Source: Candidatus Poseidonia alphae (lineage in GTDB: Archaea; Thermoplasmatota; Poseidoniia; Poseidoniales; Poseidoniaceae). From it: DNA of 64,000 bases. This document shows, in pieces, positions 28,499-44,102 of this stretch; position 1 is the first letter of the stretch; each line of letters begins with the position of its first letter. The DNA is taken from NCBI GenBank assembly GCA_002505405.1, contig DAVD01000027.1, positions 5,336-69,335 of the forward strand, in the 5' to 3' direction. Both the position numbers and the translations under genes were made by a program. Under the pieces are notes generated by a model, which was given only the letters and a program-made list of their open reading frames with translations, was not told the DNA's origin and did not search any database.

Positions 28499-31400
28499 CC
28501 TCGGAATTCTTGGAAGTATTGCTGTGTGTAGGAAAGCGCTTCAGCATGGGGGTAGCCTTGGGCGAGCAGACCGTTGTAGTAATCACGAGCAGGGTCGTGC
28601 ATTGCCATCGGTTGAGGCGCAACTTGTGCAACAGGTTGTGCTTGGAAGTCTGGCATAGCAACTTGTGCAGCGGGCTGTGCTTGGAAGTTTGGCATAGCAA
28701 TTTGGCCAGCAGTAGCATCCGCCCAAGCCTTTGTTTCATCTTCGCCTTTTCTACGAACAACGACCAGTACGGCAATTCCTGCGAGAATGAGTATACCTAC
28801 TCCTCCGGCAAGGTATGTCGTCAATGAGCTTGCGCTTTGAGCCTCATCATCTGCTTCCTTGATCCATCGTGTAGGGTCTTTTGGATATGCATCGGCTCCT
28901 TCAGCGAGACCCCAATCGTCTGTTGGATCGGAGTAATTATCGCCGTCTTGGTCAAGACACCCGATGCGGTCAGCACTTGAGTTTCCGTACACCATTGGAC
29001 AAGCATCTGCTCCATTGGTGATGGTCCATGAGGCATCAGGGTCAGAAAGTCCATCACCGTCACTGTCCGTACAGCCAAAACGGTCAACCGTTGAAGAGTC
29101 ACGAAGTTGAGGACAAGCGTCGGGTTGGAAGCCAAGAGGGTTGTCACCGTATCCGTCGATGTCACTGTCTGCCCATTGAGTGGGTTCGTCAAAGAATGCA
29201 TCTGCACCATCGGATACGAAGTAATTGGACGCTGGGTCGGGGTCGGAGACTCCATCTTCATCGTAATCTCCGCATCCAAACCGGTCGGTGTAAGAACCAC
29301 CTGGTCGTTGAATGCAAGCGTCCGGTGTTGTTCCTGATTGGTTGTCACCGTATCCATCTCCATCTTCATCGCTCCATTGTGTATTGTCAACAGGGAATGC
29401 ATCTTGGAGGTTGTACCATCCGTCACCATCGGCATCTGGGCATCCTGCAGTGTCATCCTTCCAAGAAGTACCTTCTCGTGTAGGGCATGCATCTTGATTG
29501 TAGGCATTAGCGACGTAGGTTCCCGGCCAATTTGGATTTCGGTCATCCCAACTTTGGTTGGCATAATTATCTCCAAAACCGTCAGCATCGAAATCCGACC
29601 ATTGTGTACTGTCATCGATAAACGCGTCTGCTCCATCCTCTACATTCCACAATGCATCGGGGTTGGAATATCCATCCCCATCGGAATCAATACAACCCAT
29701 ACGGTCCAATGTTGAAGTTCCTGCTGAATTAGGGCATGCATCAGGGTTTAGTCCATCGGGTGAATCCCCATAGCTGTCCATGTCGCTGTCAGCCCACTGT
29801 GTTGGTTCATTGACAAATGCATCGTCACTGTTCGCCCAACCATCTCCATCGGTATCTGGGCAGGCTATCTTTCCATTCTCAGTCGAGTTTCCGTATTCGG
29901 TGGGACAATCGTCTCGGGAATCAGCCCACTCATCGCCATCAGTGTCAAGACATCCTACTTCCCCAAGTGTAGAGGTTCCTGGAATACTGGAACAATCATC
30001 GCTTCCATCACTGAATCCATCCCCATCATCGTCGTTGTCCTCGTCGACATCTCTGCATCCGTCGCCATCAATGTCCGTCGTGGAATCAGAAATCCAAGTC
30101 GGACGAGGTGGGCTGTATGATGTTCGGGGGCATGCGTCCACATCATCGTTGACACCGTCGTTGTCGATATCGTCATCCTCAACATTGTCTCTACATCCAT
30201 CACGATCCCAATCCGTTGAGTTGGCTGGGTCATTGAAGTCTTGCGTTGATGTCCAGTTGTATTGGCCTCCACGAGCACAGATGTCAGGTGAATTGTCGGT
30301 GAGTCCGTCGTTATCATCATCGGGGTCACATTCATCCCCCTTCTCGTCGAAGTCAGTGTTGCCTTGGCCAGGATTCGAGACCGTCGGGCAATTGTCTTCG
30401 AAATCAGGAACTCCATCGCTGTCAGAATCTTGTTTCATCGATGAATCAAAGGCCCAAACATAGACGTCCCAGCCACCGGTGCTCGTAACGGTCGATGTCC
30501 CTTTTGTGATGCTTGGCGATGTGCCTTGACCAGCAAAGGCGCCAACAACAGCGACGATATCCGTCCCGTTGATTGCAATACCCCTTCCTGTTTCGAAATC
30601 AGGACTATCGGTAACATCCAGCCACGACCATGACCCCGTTTTCGAGACACCACCGACGACCCCATCGTAATTGGCATCCGGCGTAACAGCCTTATTTCCA
30701 GCGGTAAAGGTGCCTTGGAGGTAGCCTGTGAAAATAAGTTCGTCTTTCGATGTCATCTCCATTCCTTCGAGAACGTCATTGTCGCTTGTTCCACCAATCA
30801 CTGCCCAATTGCTGTTGGAAATTCCGCTCCCTTTCTTAATGAAAAAGACATCAGTTCCACCTTTGTTTGCTGTAATGGACCAACCGCTTTGGGCAAGAGT
30901 TCCTTCAAAGGTTCCGCCCAGGTACAAAGCGCCTGTCGAGTCAACATCCAGGTGTTGAACGGATACGACCTGGGATGGAATGCCATAGCCTGTAATTCCG
31001 GCGATAGAACCTGTACTGGTCATTTGGACGATGAAGGAGTCTTGTGTGCCCGCTACTGAATAACTCGTCATACCGAAAAGCACATCGTTTTGGGTTAAAC
31101 AAGAAATATGATGGTCACCGTTGAGGTCAGTTGTGACGTCCGTAACGATCTGTTGTCCGATGCCCCCTCCATTTGTGACCCATTTTAGCGCCCCGTTCGC
31201 ACCGTCAAGTTTGGCGATAAACACCTCATCGTTTGAGACGTTAATGGCCGTTCCACCGAAATCGGTTTCACCAGAGAAATATCCAGCCACGACGATATCA
31301 CCCGCATTATCTACGGATATTGCTTGAGGAATGCTGGCATCAGTGGTGGTATTTGGGAGCGTTTGGAACGCGGTAGCCCACATCCAATTTCCTGTTTGGT

Positions 31401-31920
31401 CCGCAACTGCAACGAAACCGTCCAATACCTGAGTGGTCAAGATGGTCTGGCCGAAATTCACTTGCCCAAACATGTAACCGGATATTACCGCCATGCCATT
31501 GACCGTTGAAATGTCAGTGAGGAATGAAACGCCCCCCATGCTGTGGTCGGCCCCAGTCAGGAAGGTCCAAGACCCGGTAGAATCGATGCCTGCGATGTAA
31601 AATTCGTTTCCATTTGAAAAGGGAGATGTTGGTTGAAGTTGATGGATACCAAAGGTCAACGAGCGATTAAAGTCACCACCAACGAAGTACCCATCAAGGC
31701 CAGTGGTAATCATGGTGTCAAATTCGTCACCATTAGCCGAGCCTCCAGACGAGAGAAAGACCTCAGGGGATGAAGCACGACCAGAGGCTTCGTCAATGCT
31801 TTGAAGCGAAGTCAATTCGGTCGGTACTGTTTCTTGATGGGTGGTAAGTGGGCTGAGTATACTCAGAACAAACAATGTGACCAAGAACAAGGGTAGGTGA
31901 TGGCTACGAGCACGCTGCAT
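28495..31920 (-). CDS. Membrane-anchored surface protein: beta-propeller (SBBP-like) domain plus thrombospondin type-3 repeats
   Basis: Signal peptide, repeated D.F+AK.D..G...W blades, more than 15 DxDGDG/DxCP repeats, a C-terminal TM helix followed by RRK, and a Q/P/A-rich tail. Confidence 0.85.
28615..28700 (-). repeat. 39-bp in-frame tandem duplication encoding (AMPxFQAQPxAQV)2
   Basis: On the + strand, GCAACTTGTGCA...GTGCTTGGAAGT.TGGCATAGCAA occurs twice with a 39-bp period. Confidence 0.8.
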
Positions 31921-31976
31921 ACTTTACGGGCAGGGCTCAAAGGCCATCAAGCCTTTGATTCCTTGACGGTACAACT

Positions 31977-32276
31977 TCACTCCATGTTGGAGTCAAGAGC
32001 AAGCAAATCACTGTCACCAGCGTCGAGTACGGTGATGGTGGACACTGAGAATGGCTTACCACAGGCGATTCCGAGTTCTCGGTTCACCATTGCTGCACGG
32101 TACATGGTCACTTCAGGGTGATTTGCACGCAAAGCGTCAGTATATTCTTCTGGGCAGTTGGCAGCAATGAGCACCAATTTCGCCTCTCCTTTAGCGCAAG
32201 CGTCGTTTGCTTGGCGTTGTCCAAACAACAGGTTTCCTGTTGCGATTGCATTTTTCAATTGTCGGCTTAGATCCAT
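31977..32276 (-). CDS. rpl30e: 50S ribosomal protein L30e
   Basis: AIATG...G...AKLVLIAANCP...ELGIACGKPFSVS, at the canonical position after rpoA''. Confidence 0.96.
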   Translation of the reverse strand: MDLSRQLKNAIATGNLLFGQRQANDACAKGEAKLVLIAANCPEEYTDALRANHPEVTMYRAAMVNRELGIACGKPFSVSTITVLDAGDSDLLALDSNME

Positions 32277-32322
32277 TTTTTATTCCTCCATTCTCCACAT
32301 GTGTTTCTCATGGTTGGGAAAG

Positions 32323-37063
<4,741 letters not shown>

Positions 37064-37067
<4 letters not shown>

Positions 37068-40000
37068 CTTCGGTCCTCCAGTTCAAGGCGCATGGCCACT
37101 CCTAAACTCTTCATTTCGTCTAGAAGTAGCTTGAATGCATATGAAGTCTGTACCTTGTAGACTTCTGCTCCATCTCCATGGATGGGGCTCACGTAAGTTC
37201 CACGCTTCGGGTCGTACCAGGCAATGTGCCCGGATTGAGCGCAGACATACATGTCGATACCGTCGGATTCGTCCAGCAAACGGTCTTTGATGACCATCGA
37301 TGCTCCGTGTGCAATCAAACAGTCACGTTCCATCTCACCAAATCGCAGACCACCTTGTCGGGCCCGTCCTTCGGTTGGTTGGCGAGTCAAGATTTGAACA
37401 CGTCCACGGGATCGGGCGTGAATCTTAGACGATACCAAGTGGTGCAATCGTTGGTAGAAAATACATCCAACGAAGATGTCGGCAGGGTATGATTCACCAG
37501 TTTCACCGTTAATCATGGTTTCACGACCAGTGTGGTCAAGTCCATTACGGACCAAACCGTCACGAAGGCTGGATTCCTTTTCACCACGGAATGCAGTACC
37601 GTCAACACGGCGGCCTTCCATAGCTCCAACCTTACCACCGATCATTTCCAGAACGTGGGCCACGGTCATTCTTGAAGGAATGGCGTGAGGGTTGATGATG
37701 AGGTCGGGCACGACGCCATCAGGGGTGAATGGCATGTCTTCAGGTTCAACCAAGCGTCCAATGACACCCTTTTGTCCGTGACGAGAAGCGAATTTGTCGC
37801 CTACTTCAGGGATCTTGTGGCTTCGAACCATGACTCGGACCAAGCGGCCTGAGTCAAGGGATTCGGTGACGTACACGTTGTCGACCCATCCTTTTTCGCC
37901 GTGGCGAACGAGCATTGAAGATTCACGGCGTTCTTGGGCCATCAAGAAGGCTCCACCGGATGTTTCTTCGAGGAAACGAGGAGGGCTGGTTTTTCCAACC
38001 AATACGTTTCCGCCGATGAGTTCGGTTTCAGGAACAGGTAGTCCGTCGTTTTCCAAGTGCATGTAGGCTTCTGGCGTCTTGAGTCCCTTGATTTCCTGCT
38101 TCGAGGACCCGGGCTTTTCGATTTCTTCGACTTGTCCACCAGGGAATCTGCGACGTTCTGCATTGTAGGTGCGGTTGAAGGTTGAACGACCAAGGGCTCG
38201 GTCAATTGAACCCTTGTTCATGATGACTGCGTCTTGCATGTTGTATCCGTGCAGGGACATGATGGCGACAATGAAGTTCTGTCCGCCAGGGCGGTCATCA
38301 AAGTTCGTAGTTGACATTGCTCGAGTTTTGGTAATTGAGCGCTGAGGGTAGTGCAAGATGTGAGCGCGTGTGTCCGGTCGCATTCGGTAGTTAGCGCTCG
38401 GTAGTCCAAGCGATTGCTTGACCATTGCTGTTCCACCAGTAACACGAGGTGTTGAGTTGTGTTCTGGGTATGGGATGAGCGATGCACATACCCCAAGGAC
38501 CAGTTGTGGGTCAATCTCACAGTGTGTGTGTTCTTCGGTGTACAGGAGCGGGATTTCAAACTCGGTCGTGTTCCAGTCGCCGTTGGGCATGCGGACGTTG
38601 GCTCGTAGGTGAGCGGTTCGTGCACCTGGTTCTCCAAGGTTCATCCATTCAATGTCTTCGTTCTTGACGGTACGACCGGCAAGGCCAGCAGAGTCGCCTT
38701 CAGGGACGGTTTCTGGTAGAACGAACGGGCGTGGAGCGATGTAGAGGTCTTCTTCTTCCTCTGCATCAATCCACTCAACGATTCCTTCGATGACCAAGGA
38801 GCGGAAATTCATTTCGCCGCTGGTCAACTTTGATAGGTGCTCAAGCGTTAAGCGAGGGGCACCGTCGTAAAGGATGAGAACAGGTCGCAAAATACGTCCT
38901 TTGTCCGTGTTGATGAAGATGTCTTTGTTCTCCTTGTCGTGGCGAATGGAGACCTCAGATGGGATCACACCACGGCGTCGAGCAGACTTGAAGTGCATGA
39001 CCAATTTCTGTCCCTTCTTATGGATTCCATAAATGTCACCGTTCACGTGGATGCGGTCACCATCGGTCCAGTCGTCAGGCTGGTAAACTTCCAACTCGTC
39101 AAGTCGTTCTCGGATTTCGACTTCATCGATGTTTTCTGAAATGTCAATCATTTGTGCAGCGTTCTTTACCAGTCCACAGTTTTGACCTTCAGGAGTCTCG
39201 TTAGGGCACAGACGTCCCCATTGCGTGGGGTGGAGGTCACGTGCTTCAAAGTGAGGCTGGCTTCGAACGAGCGGTGATGTGACACGGCGCATGTGGGATA
39301 GGGCCGCAAGATAGGTGGTTCGGTCAAGGAGTTGGCTTACACCAGAGCGTCCGCCGACCCAGTTACCTGTTGCCAGTGCGTGCATGATTTTTGAGGTCAA
39401 GACGTCAGGGCGAAGGCAGGAAGTAATCTTGAGTTCACGCTTTCGGTTGTGGTGTCGCTCAAGTTGGTACTTGAGGTCACGGGAGAGTTGGCCTGCGGAG
39501 ACACGGAAGAGGTCTTCAATGAGGTCTCCTGCAAGACGAACACGCTTGTTGGCGTAGTGGTCCTTGTCGTTGGGGTCTCGTCCTTCAATGGCCATTTCCA
39601 AAACTTGGCGGACAATTCGACCCAGGTAGATGGCCTTCTTGTCACGGTCTTCTTCGTTGTCTCCCAAGTGAGGAAGAAGTTCACGGTCAAGAAGTTGGTT
39701 AACCCGAGCTTCTCGGTACTCTTTTTGTTGTCCAGCGGCGAATTTCTTCTGAAGCCATTCGTGGCTTTCGTCTTTGGTTTCAACTCCGTATTCTTCGTTG
39801 TCCTTGACTTCGTTGATGTTGGCAACGATAAACTTGAATGAATCGGTGTTTCCAGCGATTGCTTGGAATATTTGTTGGTCGTTTTCAACGCCGAGCGCTC
39901 GCATGAGGAGGACGACAGGGATTGCAGTGGTTCCAGCCGTGCTGATCTTAACCATGAGCATTCCATCACGTCGCTTTTCGACGGTGAGTGGTTTGCGCAT

Positions 40001-40681
40001 ACCGTCTTTCTGAGAGAAGATTTTTGCGACTTCAGTTTGCTTAGCATATCGCTTGTTGATTTCAACGGTAACACGGTTTGGTGCAAGGTCTTCCATTGAG
40101 ATGAGGACTCGCTCAGTTCCGTTGATGATGAAGTAGCCACCAGGGTCAAGAGGGTCTTCGCCCTTCTTGCGTAGGAGGTCATGCCAGTTTGCCTTGTCTT
40201 CGTCAGAGGTTGTGGGTGCGAGGACACGGTCTCCAGCGATGTGCTTGGGGTGGAGGTTGCATCGTTCTGAGCGAACCATGATCGGCATGGATCCCACTTG
40301 AACGCCCTTCTCGGTAGGGGATGGTACGCCGTTTCGCTTGATGGTGAAATCCATTGAAACAGGAGACATGTAGGTGAGCTTTCGCAGTCGGCATTGCATT
40401 GGCGTGGAGTCGTTGAGGGCTCCGTTGGCTTCTTTGACCATTGGCTTGCCGAGCTTCACGTTCTTGATTCGGATGACAATGTCTTGGTCGGCTACGTCCA
40501 ATTTGATGTATCCGCCTTCATCGTCGTTGAAATCCTCGTCGGTTCCAACACGGATGTTGCGAATGATCTTCTCCATGCGGGAGAGTGAGTTCTCCGTAGC
40601 TGGGATACAGTCGTCGTATGATGCGAGTTGGTGGTTGACCAAACTTCGTTCTCTGAAAAATGATTGAATGATTTCCTGCAT
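37064..40681 (-). CDS. rpoB: DNA-directed RNA polymerase subunit B (Rpo2), unsplit
   Basis: DPGGYFIINGTE, ETPEGQNCGL, GDKFASRHGQKG, NPHAIPSRMT and GGLRFGEMERD motifs. Confidence 0.97.
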
Positions 40682-40693
40682 GTTATCCTCTCC

Positions 40694-41344
40694 TCAGTTC
40701 CCCTCCACAATCAGCCGGTAGGCAATTGTGCGTCCTGCCGATGGGGATTGGCGGACGACTTTCAAAACTCGGTCAGCAATCCAACCAGCCGCCAATGGCT
40801 TGTGGTCGGGGTTAGCCGCAAGCCGGGCCATGTCTTCTGCTTCTGCGAGTTCTTTGATGACCTGGACGACCGGGTCGGTGATCAGGATTTTGGGTAGCAA
40901 TTCTTTGGCGAGGCGGTCTTCACCGGTCTCGATGTCAGGTTGTACCATATCCCATGGGGCGAGTTCTGACAACTCGATGGCGAGTTGGTCTTCTTCAGAG
41001 ATGTTGGGCTCTCCAATGAGTTCTTGGTGAGGTACGAGAATGTGATTGAGTGCGTTGAAGCGAGAAGTAATCTCTGGGCGGTCAAAGTCATCAATGGCCT
41101 TTGAACGGATGGTGATCTTCTTGCTCTTCTTAGCAGCACGTCGGCGGGAGCCTTGTTCTGCAATGATGTTCATTGTGGTGACGAATTCTTCTGCGTCTTT
41201 TGAAATACCGAGGACAGAGGCCACTTCATCATGGCCCAAGTTTTTGATGTCGGTCATGTTACGGTCTGTGGCAAGTTTGTGAGCGTAATCCTCAGAAACT
41301 CCCAGTTCCATTAAGCGTTTTTTAGTTGCACTTTTTACTACCAT
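40694..41344 (-). CDS. rpoH: DNA-directed RNA polymerase subunit H (Rpo5) with an N-terminal extension and insertions
   Basis: Core motifs HILVPHQE, LPKILITDPVV and KVVRQSPSAG..IAYRLIVE. It is the first gene of the RNAP operon and is 216 aa versus the usual ~80. Confidence 0.9.
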   Translation of the reverse strand: MVVKSATKKRLMELGVSEDYAHKLATDRNMTDIKNLGHDEVASVLGISKDAEEFVTTMNIIAEQGSRRRAAKKSKKITIRSKAIDDFDRPEITSRFNALNHILVPHQELIGEPNISEEDQLAIELSELAPWDMVQPDIETGEDRLAKELLPKILITDPVVQVIKELAEAEDMARLAANPDHKPLAAGWIADRVLKVVRQSPSAGRTIAYRLIVEGN

Positions 41345-41393
41345 TCTGACACCCCGCGAACACCCTTGCACAAGAGCCGGTAGATTCAGCAGG

Positions 41394-41467
41394 CGGGCCT
41401 GACGGGGTTCGAACCCGCGACCATCGGATTAAAAGTCCGACGCTCTACCTGACTGAGCTACAGGCCC
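41394..41467 (-). tRNA. tRNA-Lys (anticodon TTT)
   Basis: The reverse complement reads GGGCCTGTAGCTCAGTCAGGTAGAGCGTCGGACTTTTAATCCGATGGTCGCGGGTTCGAACCCCGTCAGGCCCG and folds as a cloverleaf with anticodon loop CTTTTAA. Confidence 0.96.
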
Positions 41468-41639
41468 AAAGTAGCAACTTGGGCTTTTCGTCCGACCTTC
41501 AAGGTGTTATTATACATTTCGGGGAGTGAGTGACCTGCACTCAAGGCGCCCGTTGAATTATGACTTCCGCCATAGGGTGATAAAAACTGCGTTTTGACCT
41601 TGTTTGGGCCGACATCGGCTTTGATGGACGCATAGGCTC

Positions 41640-43121
41640 TTGTGGTGGATTGGTTTGGGAAGCCTTGTGAAAACAGGTCCGAACTTTAGCGCCGAGGCCG
41701 CCGAGGAGGAAATTAAGCGCCTCGAACGACCTGCTCAAAAAGTGGTTTGGACCTCGCCAACACGCCAATCGTTTGAGTTTGATTTGCCCGTGACAGTTTA
41801 TCCTCCTAGAGAAGATACATCCCTCTTGGCGGGAGCGCTCCATCGCTTGGGTCTGCCTCACGGAACATCGTGCCTTGAGATCGGGTGCGGCAGCGGGGCA
41901 GTGTCCATCCATGCGGCCACTTTGGGGTGGAGGGTTGTTGCTTGTGATGTCAATCCATTTGCAGTCGCTTGCACACGGCATCATGCCTCTTTGTACGGTC
42001 AATCAATCACGGTATTGGAGGGAGGGCCAGGTCCTGAACTTGATGGTGTTTCAAATCAGTGGGGGGGAGACGCTCATTATGATGTTGTCATGTGGAATCT
42101 TCCATACTTGCCTCAACCGCAGATGGGCGAGGATGTTTTGGGCCCGATGGAAGAATCAGCCCTCATTGATAGCGACGAAAGAGGGCTCTTCATTCGTTAT
42201 GTGAAACGGCTTGCTAGCGGACAGTTGCTTAAACAGAAGGGGGTCGCCCTTGCAGTCGTCTCAAGCCTGCTCGATGGCCGGCATGCGTGTTCAACTGCAT
42301 GGAAGCACGGGTTGGCTGCCCGAGTCTTGTCAGAAAAGGAATTCGAAGACGGAGAATCGCTTGTTCTGATCGCTATGTGGCACCCTTACTCTGGAAAGGA
42401 ATGCATGCATGAGGCGGTTGTTGAAAGTACCAATGCCATTTTGTTGGAGAATTCATACGCCGTCGGAGTCCGTTGTACGGCGGATGTCCAGCACCAGGGT
42501 CGAGGTCGTAGAGGGCGGACTTGGGAGTCCCTGACGGGCGCTTTGGCCGCCTCTTGGGTCGTCGAAGATGGGACCAATTCTCTTCACAAGCCGGCTGACC
42601 AAGTACATCTTGGATACAACCTCTTGAAATTGTTTCATTCATTTGGACCAGACCGCATCTGTCTAAAATGGCCCAATGACCTCTACGTACGTTCTTCATT
42701 GTCAACTCCTTGGAAAAAATGCGCTGGAGTCTTGTTTGAAGGGAGGACGATGGGCAGTGGGCAACGGACCGTCCTCGGGATCGGTCTCAATGTCACGGCG
42801 CCTTCCGATTCAAAATTTGCAGGTCTTGCTGAGTTGAGTCAACTTGCAGAGGGGGAGGACCTTCTTGGTCAACTTCACGCAGTAGTGGCCTCAATGTTTG
42901 AAGTTCTTGATGCGCCAATAATTCCGTTGACTGTTCCGCCCGGAAAAGACCTTGATGAGGCCTTGGTATTCGGTTCGTTGGCCTTGGGGCCTGTGCTCTA
43001 TAGGGGTGGGGAAGTCCATGTATCGGGCTTGAATGATCAAGGATCCCTCCGGGTTGAAACAGAGTTGGGTGCGAATATTTTGTTGGACGACCCCGATGAG
43101 TTGGAATGGTCAAACATCTAG
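41640..43121 (+). CDS. Fusion of a HemK2/PrmC-like SAM methyltransferase and a biotin-protein ligase (BirA/BPL)
   Basis: N half: VYPPREDT, LEIGCGSG, DVNP, NLPYLP. C half: ESTN, QHQGRGRRGRTW, KWPNDL, KCAGVL, GIGLN. The start may be GTG 41667. Confidence 0.85.
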   Translation: MWWIGLGSLVKTGPNFSAEAAEEEIKRLERPAQKVVWTSPTRQSFEFDLPVTVYPPREDTSLLAGALHRLGLPHGTSCLEIGCGSGAVSIHAATLGWRVVACDVNPFAVACTRHHASLYGQSITVLEGGPGPELDGVSNQWGGDAHYDVVMWNLPYLPQPQMGEDVLGPMEESALIDSDERGLFIRYVKRLASGQLLKQKGVALAVVSSLLDGRHACSTAWKHGLAARVLSEKEFEDGESLVLIAMWHPYSGKECMHEAVVESTNAILLENSYAVGVRCTADVQHQGRGRRGRTWESLTGALAASWVVEDGTNSLHKPADQVHLGYNLLKLFHSFGPDRICLKWPNDLYVRSSLSTPWKKCAGVLFEGRTMGSGQRTVLGIGLNVTAPSDSKFAGLAELSQLAEGEDLLGQLHAVVASMFEVLDAPIIPLTVPPGKDLDEALVFGSLALGPVLYRGGEVHVSGLNDQGSLRVETELGANILLDDPDELEWSNI

Positions 43122-43607
43122 TTCCGCATCGAGGATTTCATTTTCATCTTGAGTACCTTCGCGTTGGTACAAACCGTATGCTAAGATCAGTCCTCCGATT
43201 GGGAAGGGCAGCATATCGATCATGTATTTGCGGTCAATGTCGAGGTCAAACGTCGCCCCAACGCCCTTGGTATCGATTTCATAGGTGTAATAACCTCCCT
43301 CGTCAATCTCTAAGGCTATCGACTTTGTTTCACCGCTTGCAATGTCGATGTTTTGAGCGCTTAGAATCGTTCCGTCTTCGGCTTTCAACACCAACCGCAC
43401 GGCGGTGTCGTTCTCTGGGGTAATGCCGATTTCAAACGAATCCCCTGCCCACATTGACGCTCCGTTGACGTAGGGTGGGCTTTCCTCTGCATGCTCGACG
43501 GGGGTGACCCATGCAACCATGAAGAGCCCACCGAGTAGAACGGTGACTCCTGTGAGGATGAGCGCATCGCTCATCTTCATTTTTGGTGCTGTTCCTCCAC
43601 CGCCCAT
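43110..43607 (-). CDS. Membrane protein with two TM helices flanking a small beta-sandwich domain
   Basis: N- and C-terminal hydrophobic helices enclose a beta-rich acidic loop (GGYYTYEI). Start set at ATG 43607. Confidence 0.7.
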   Translation of the reverse strand: MGGGGTAPKMKMSDALILTGVTVLLGGLFMVAWVTPVEHAEESPPYVNGASMWAGDSFEIGITPENDTAVRLVLKAEDGTILSAQNIDIASGETKSIALEIDEGGYYTYEIDTKGVGATFDLDIDRKYMIDMLPFPIGGLILAYGLYQREGTQDENEILDAELDV

Positions 43608-43647
43608 GGAGTGGCCAATCGATGACCGACCATGAAGGTTAGGCTCC

Positions 43648-44049
43648 CTAACCCTTCCTTGATGGCTTGGGAAGGGCCATTCGTTCCCGGACCAGGCGTA
43701 TTTTCCCGCTGGTCGTGATGCATTTGATTTCCATTCTTCGGATTGCATCTTCGGTTTCGAGCAGTGCTCGTATTCCTTTTGTTAGTTCCAAAGGGACTTG
43801 TAAGATGGCTACCCCCAAATCACTGGCGGTCAGTTCGGTCGTTGTATTGAGGTGTTGCAATGCAGTTTTGGCCGTATCGCTCTCACTGGGATGAAACTCC
43901 ATCAATTTGATGGGTCGTTCTGATTGAAAGGTGGAAGCAACCGATGCGATGAGCCCGTTCAATGACGGCCGTGTTTGATATCGGCTGCTGACAAGAATGC
44001 CGATCCAACGGCGTTTGCCTCTTAGCGCCTTGCTCAACCGTTTGGCCAT
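43648..44049 (-). CDS. rnp2: Ribonuclease P protein component 2 (Pop5/Rpp14 family)
   Basis: N-terminal LSKALRGKRRWIG and C-terminal ITTSGKIRLVRE match the Pop5 pattern (LR.KRRY....SGTI). Confidence 0.7.
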   Translation of the reverse strand: MAKRLSKALRGKRRWIGILVSSRYQTRPSLNGLIASVASTFQSERPIKLMEFHPSESDTAKTALQHLNTTTELTASDLGVAILQVPLELTKGIRALLETEDAIRRMEIKCITTSGKIRLVRERMALPKPSRKG

Positions 44050-44102
44050 GGCTGTTCCAAACATTCCTGCTTCATGACCTTTGAGTCAAATCTTACCATA
44101 GT

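Noticed and set aside
39397-40227. Long alternative-frame and antisense ORFs (e.g. 276 aa inside rpoB, 271 aa at 28821-29636, 231 aa at 5903-6598, 225 aa at 56161-56838)
   Set aside because: These are shadow ORFs overlapping well-supported genes, with Ser/Thr/Arg-rich composition and no motifs.
41468-41640. Possible small ORF or RNA between tRNA-Lys and the HemK-BirA gene
   Set aside because: Only a TATA-like box for the tRNA is evident. I found no convincing RBS, coding signal or stable fold.
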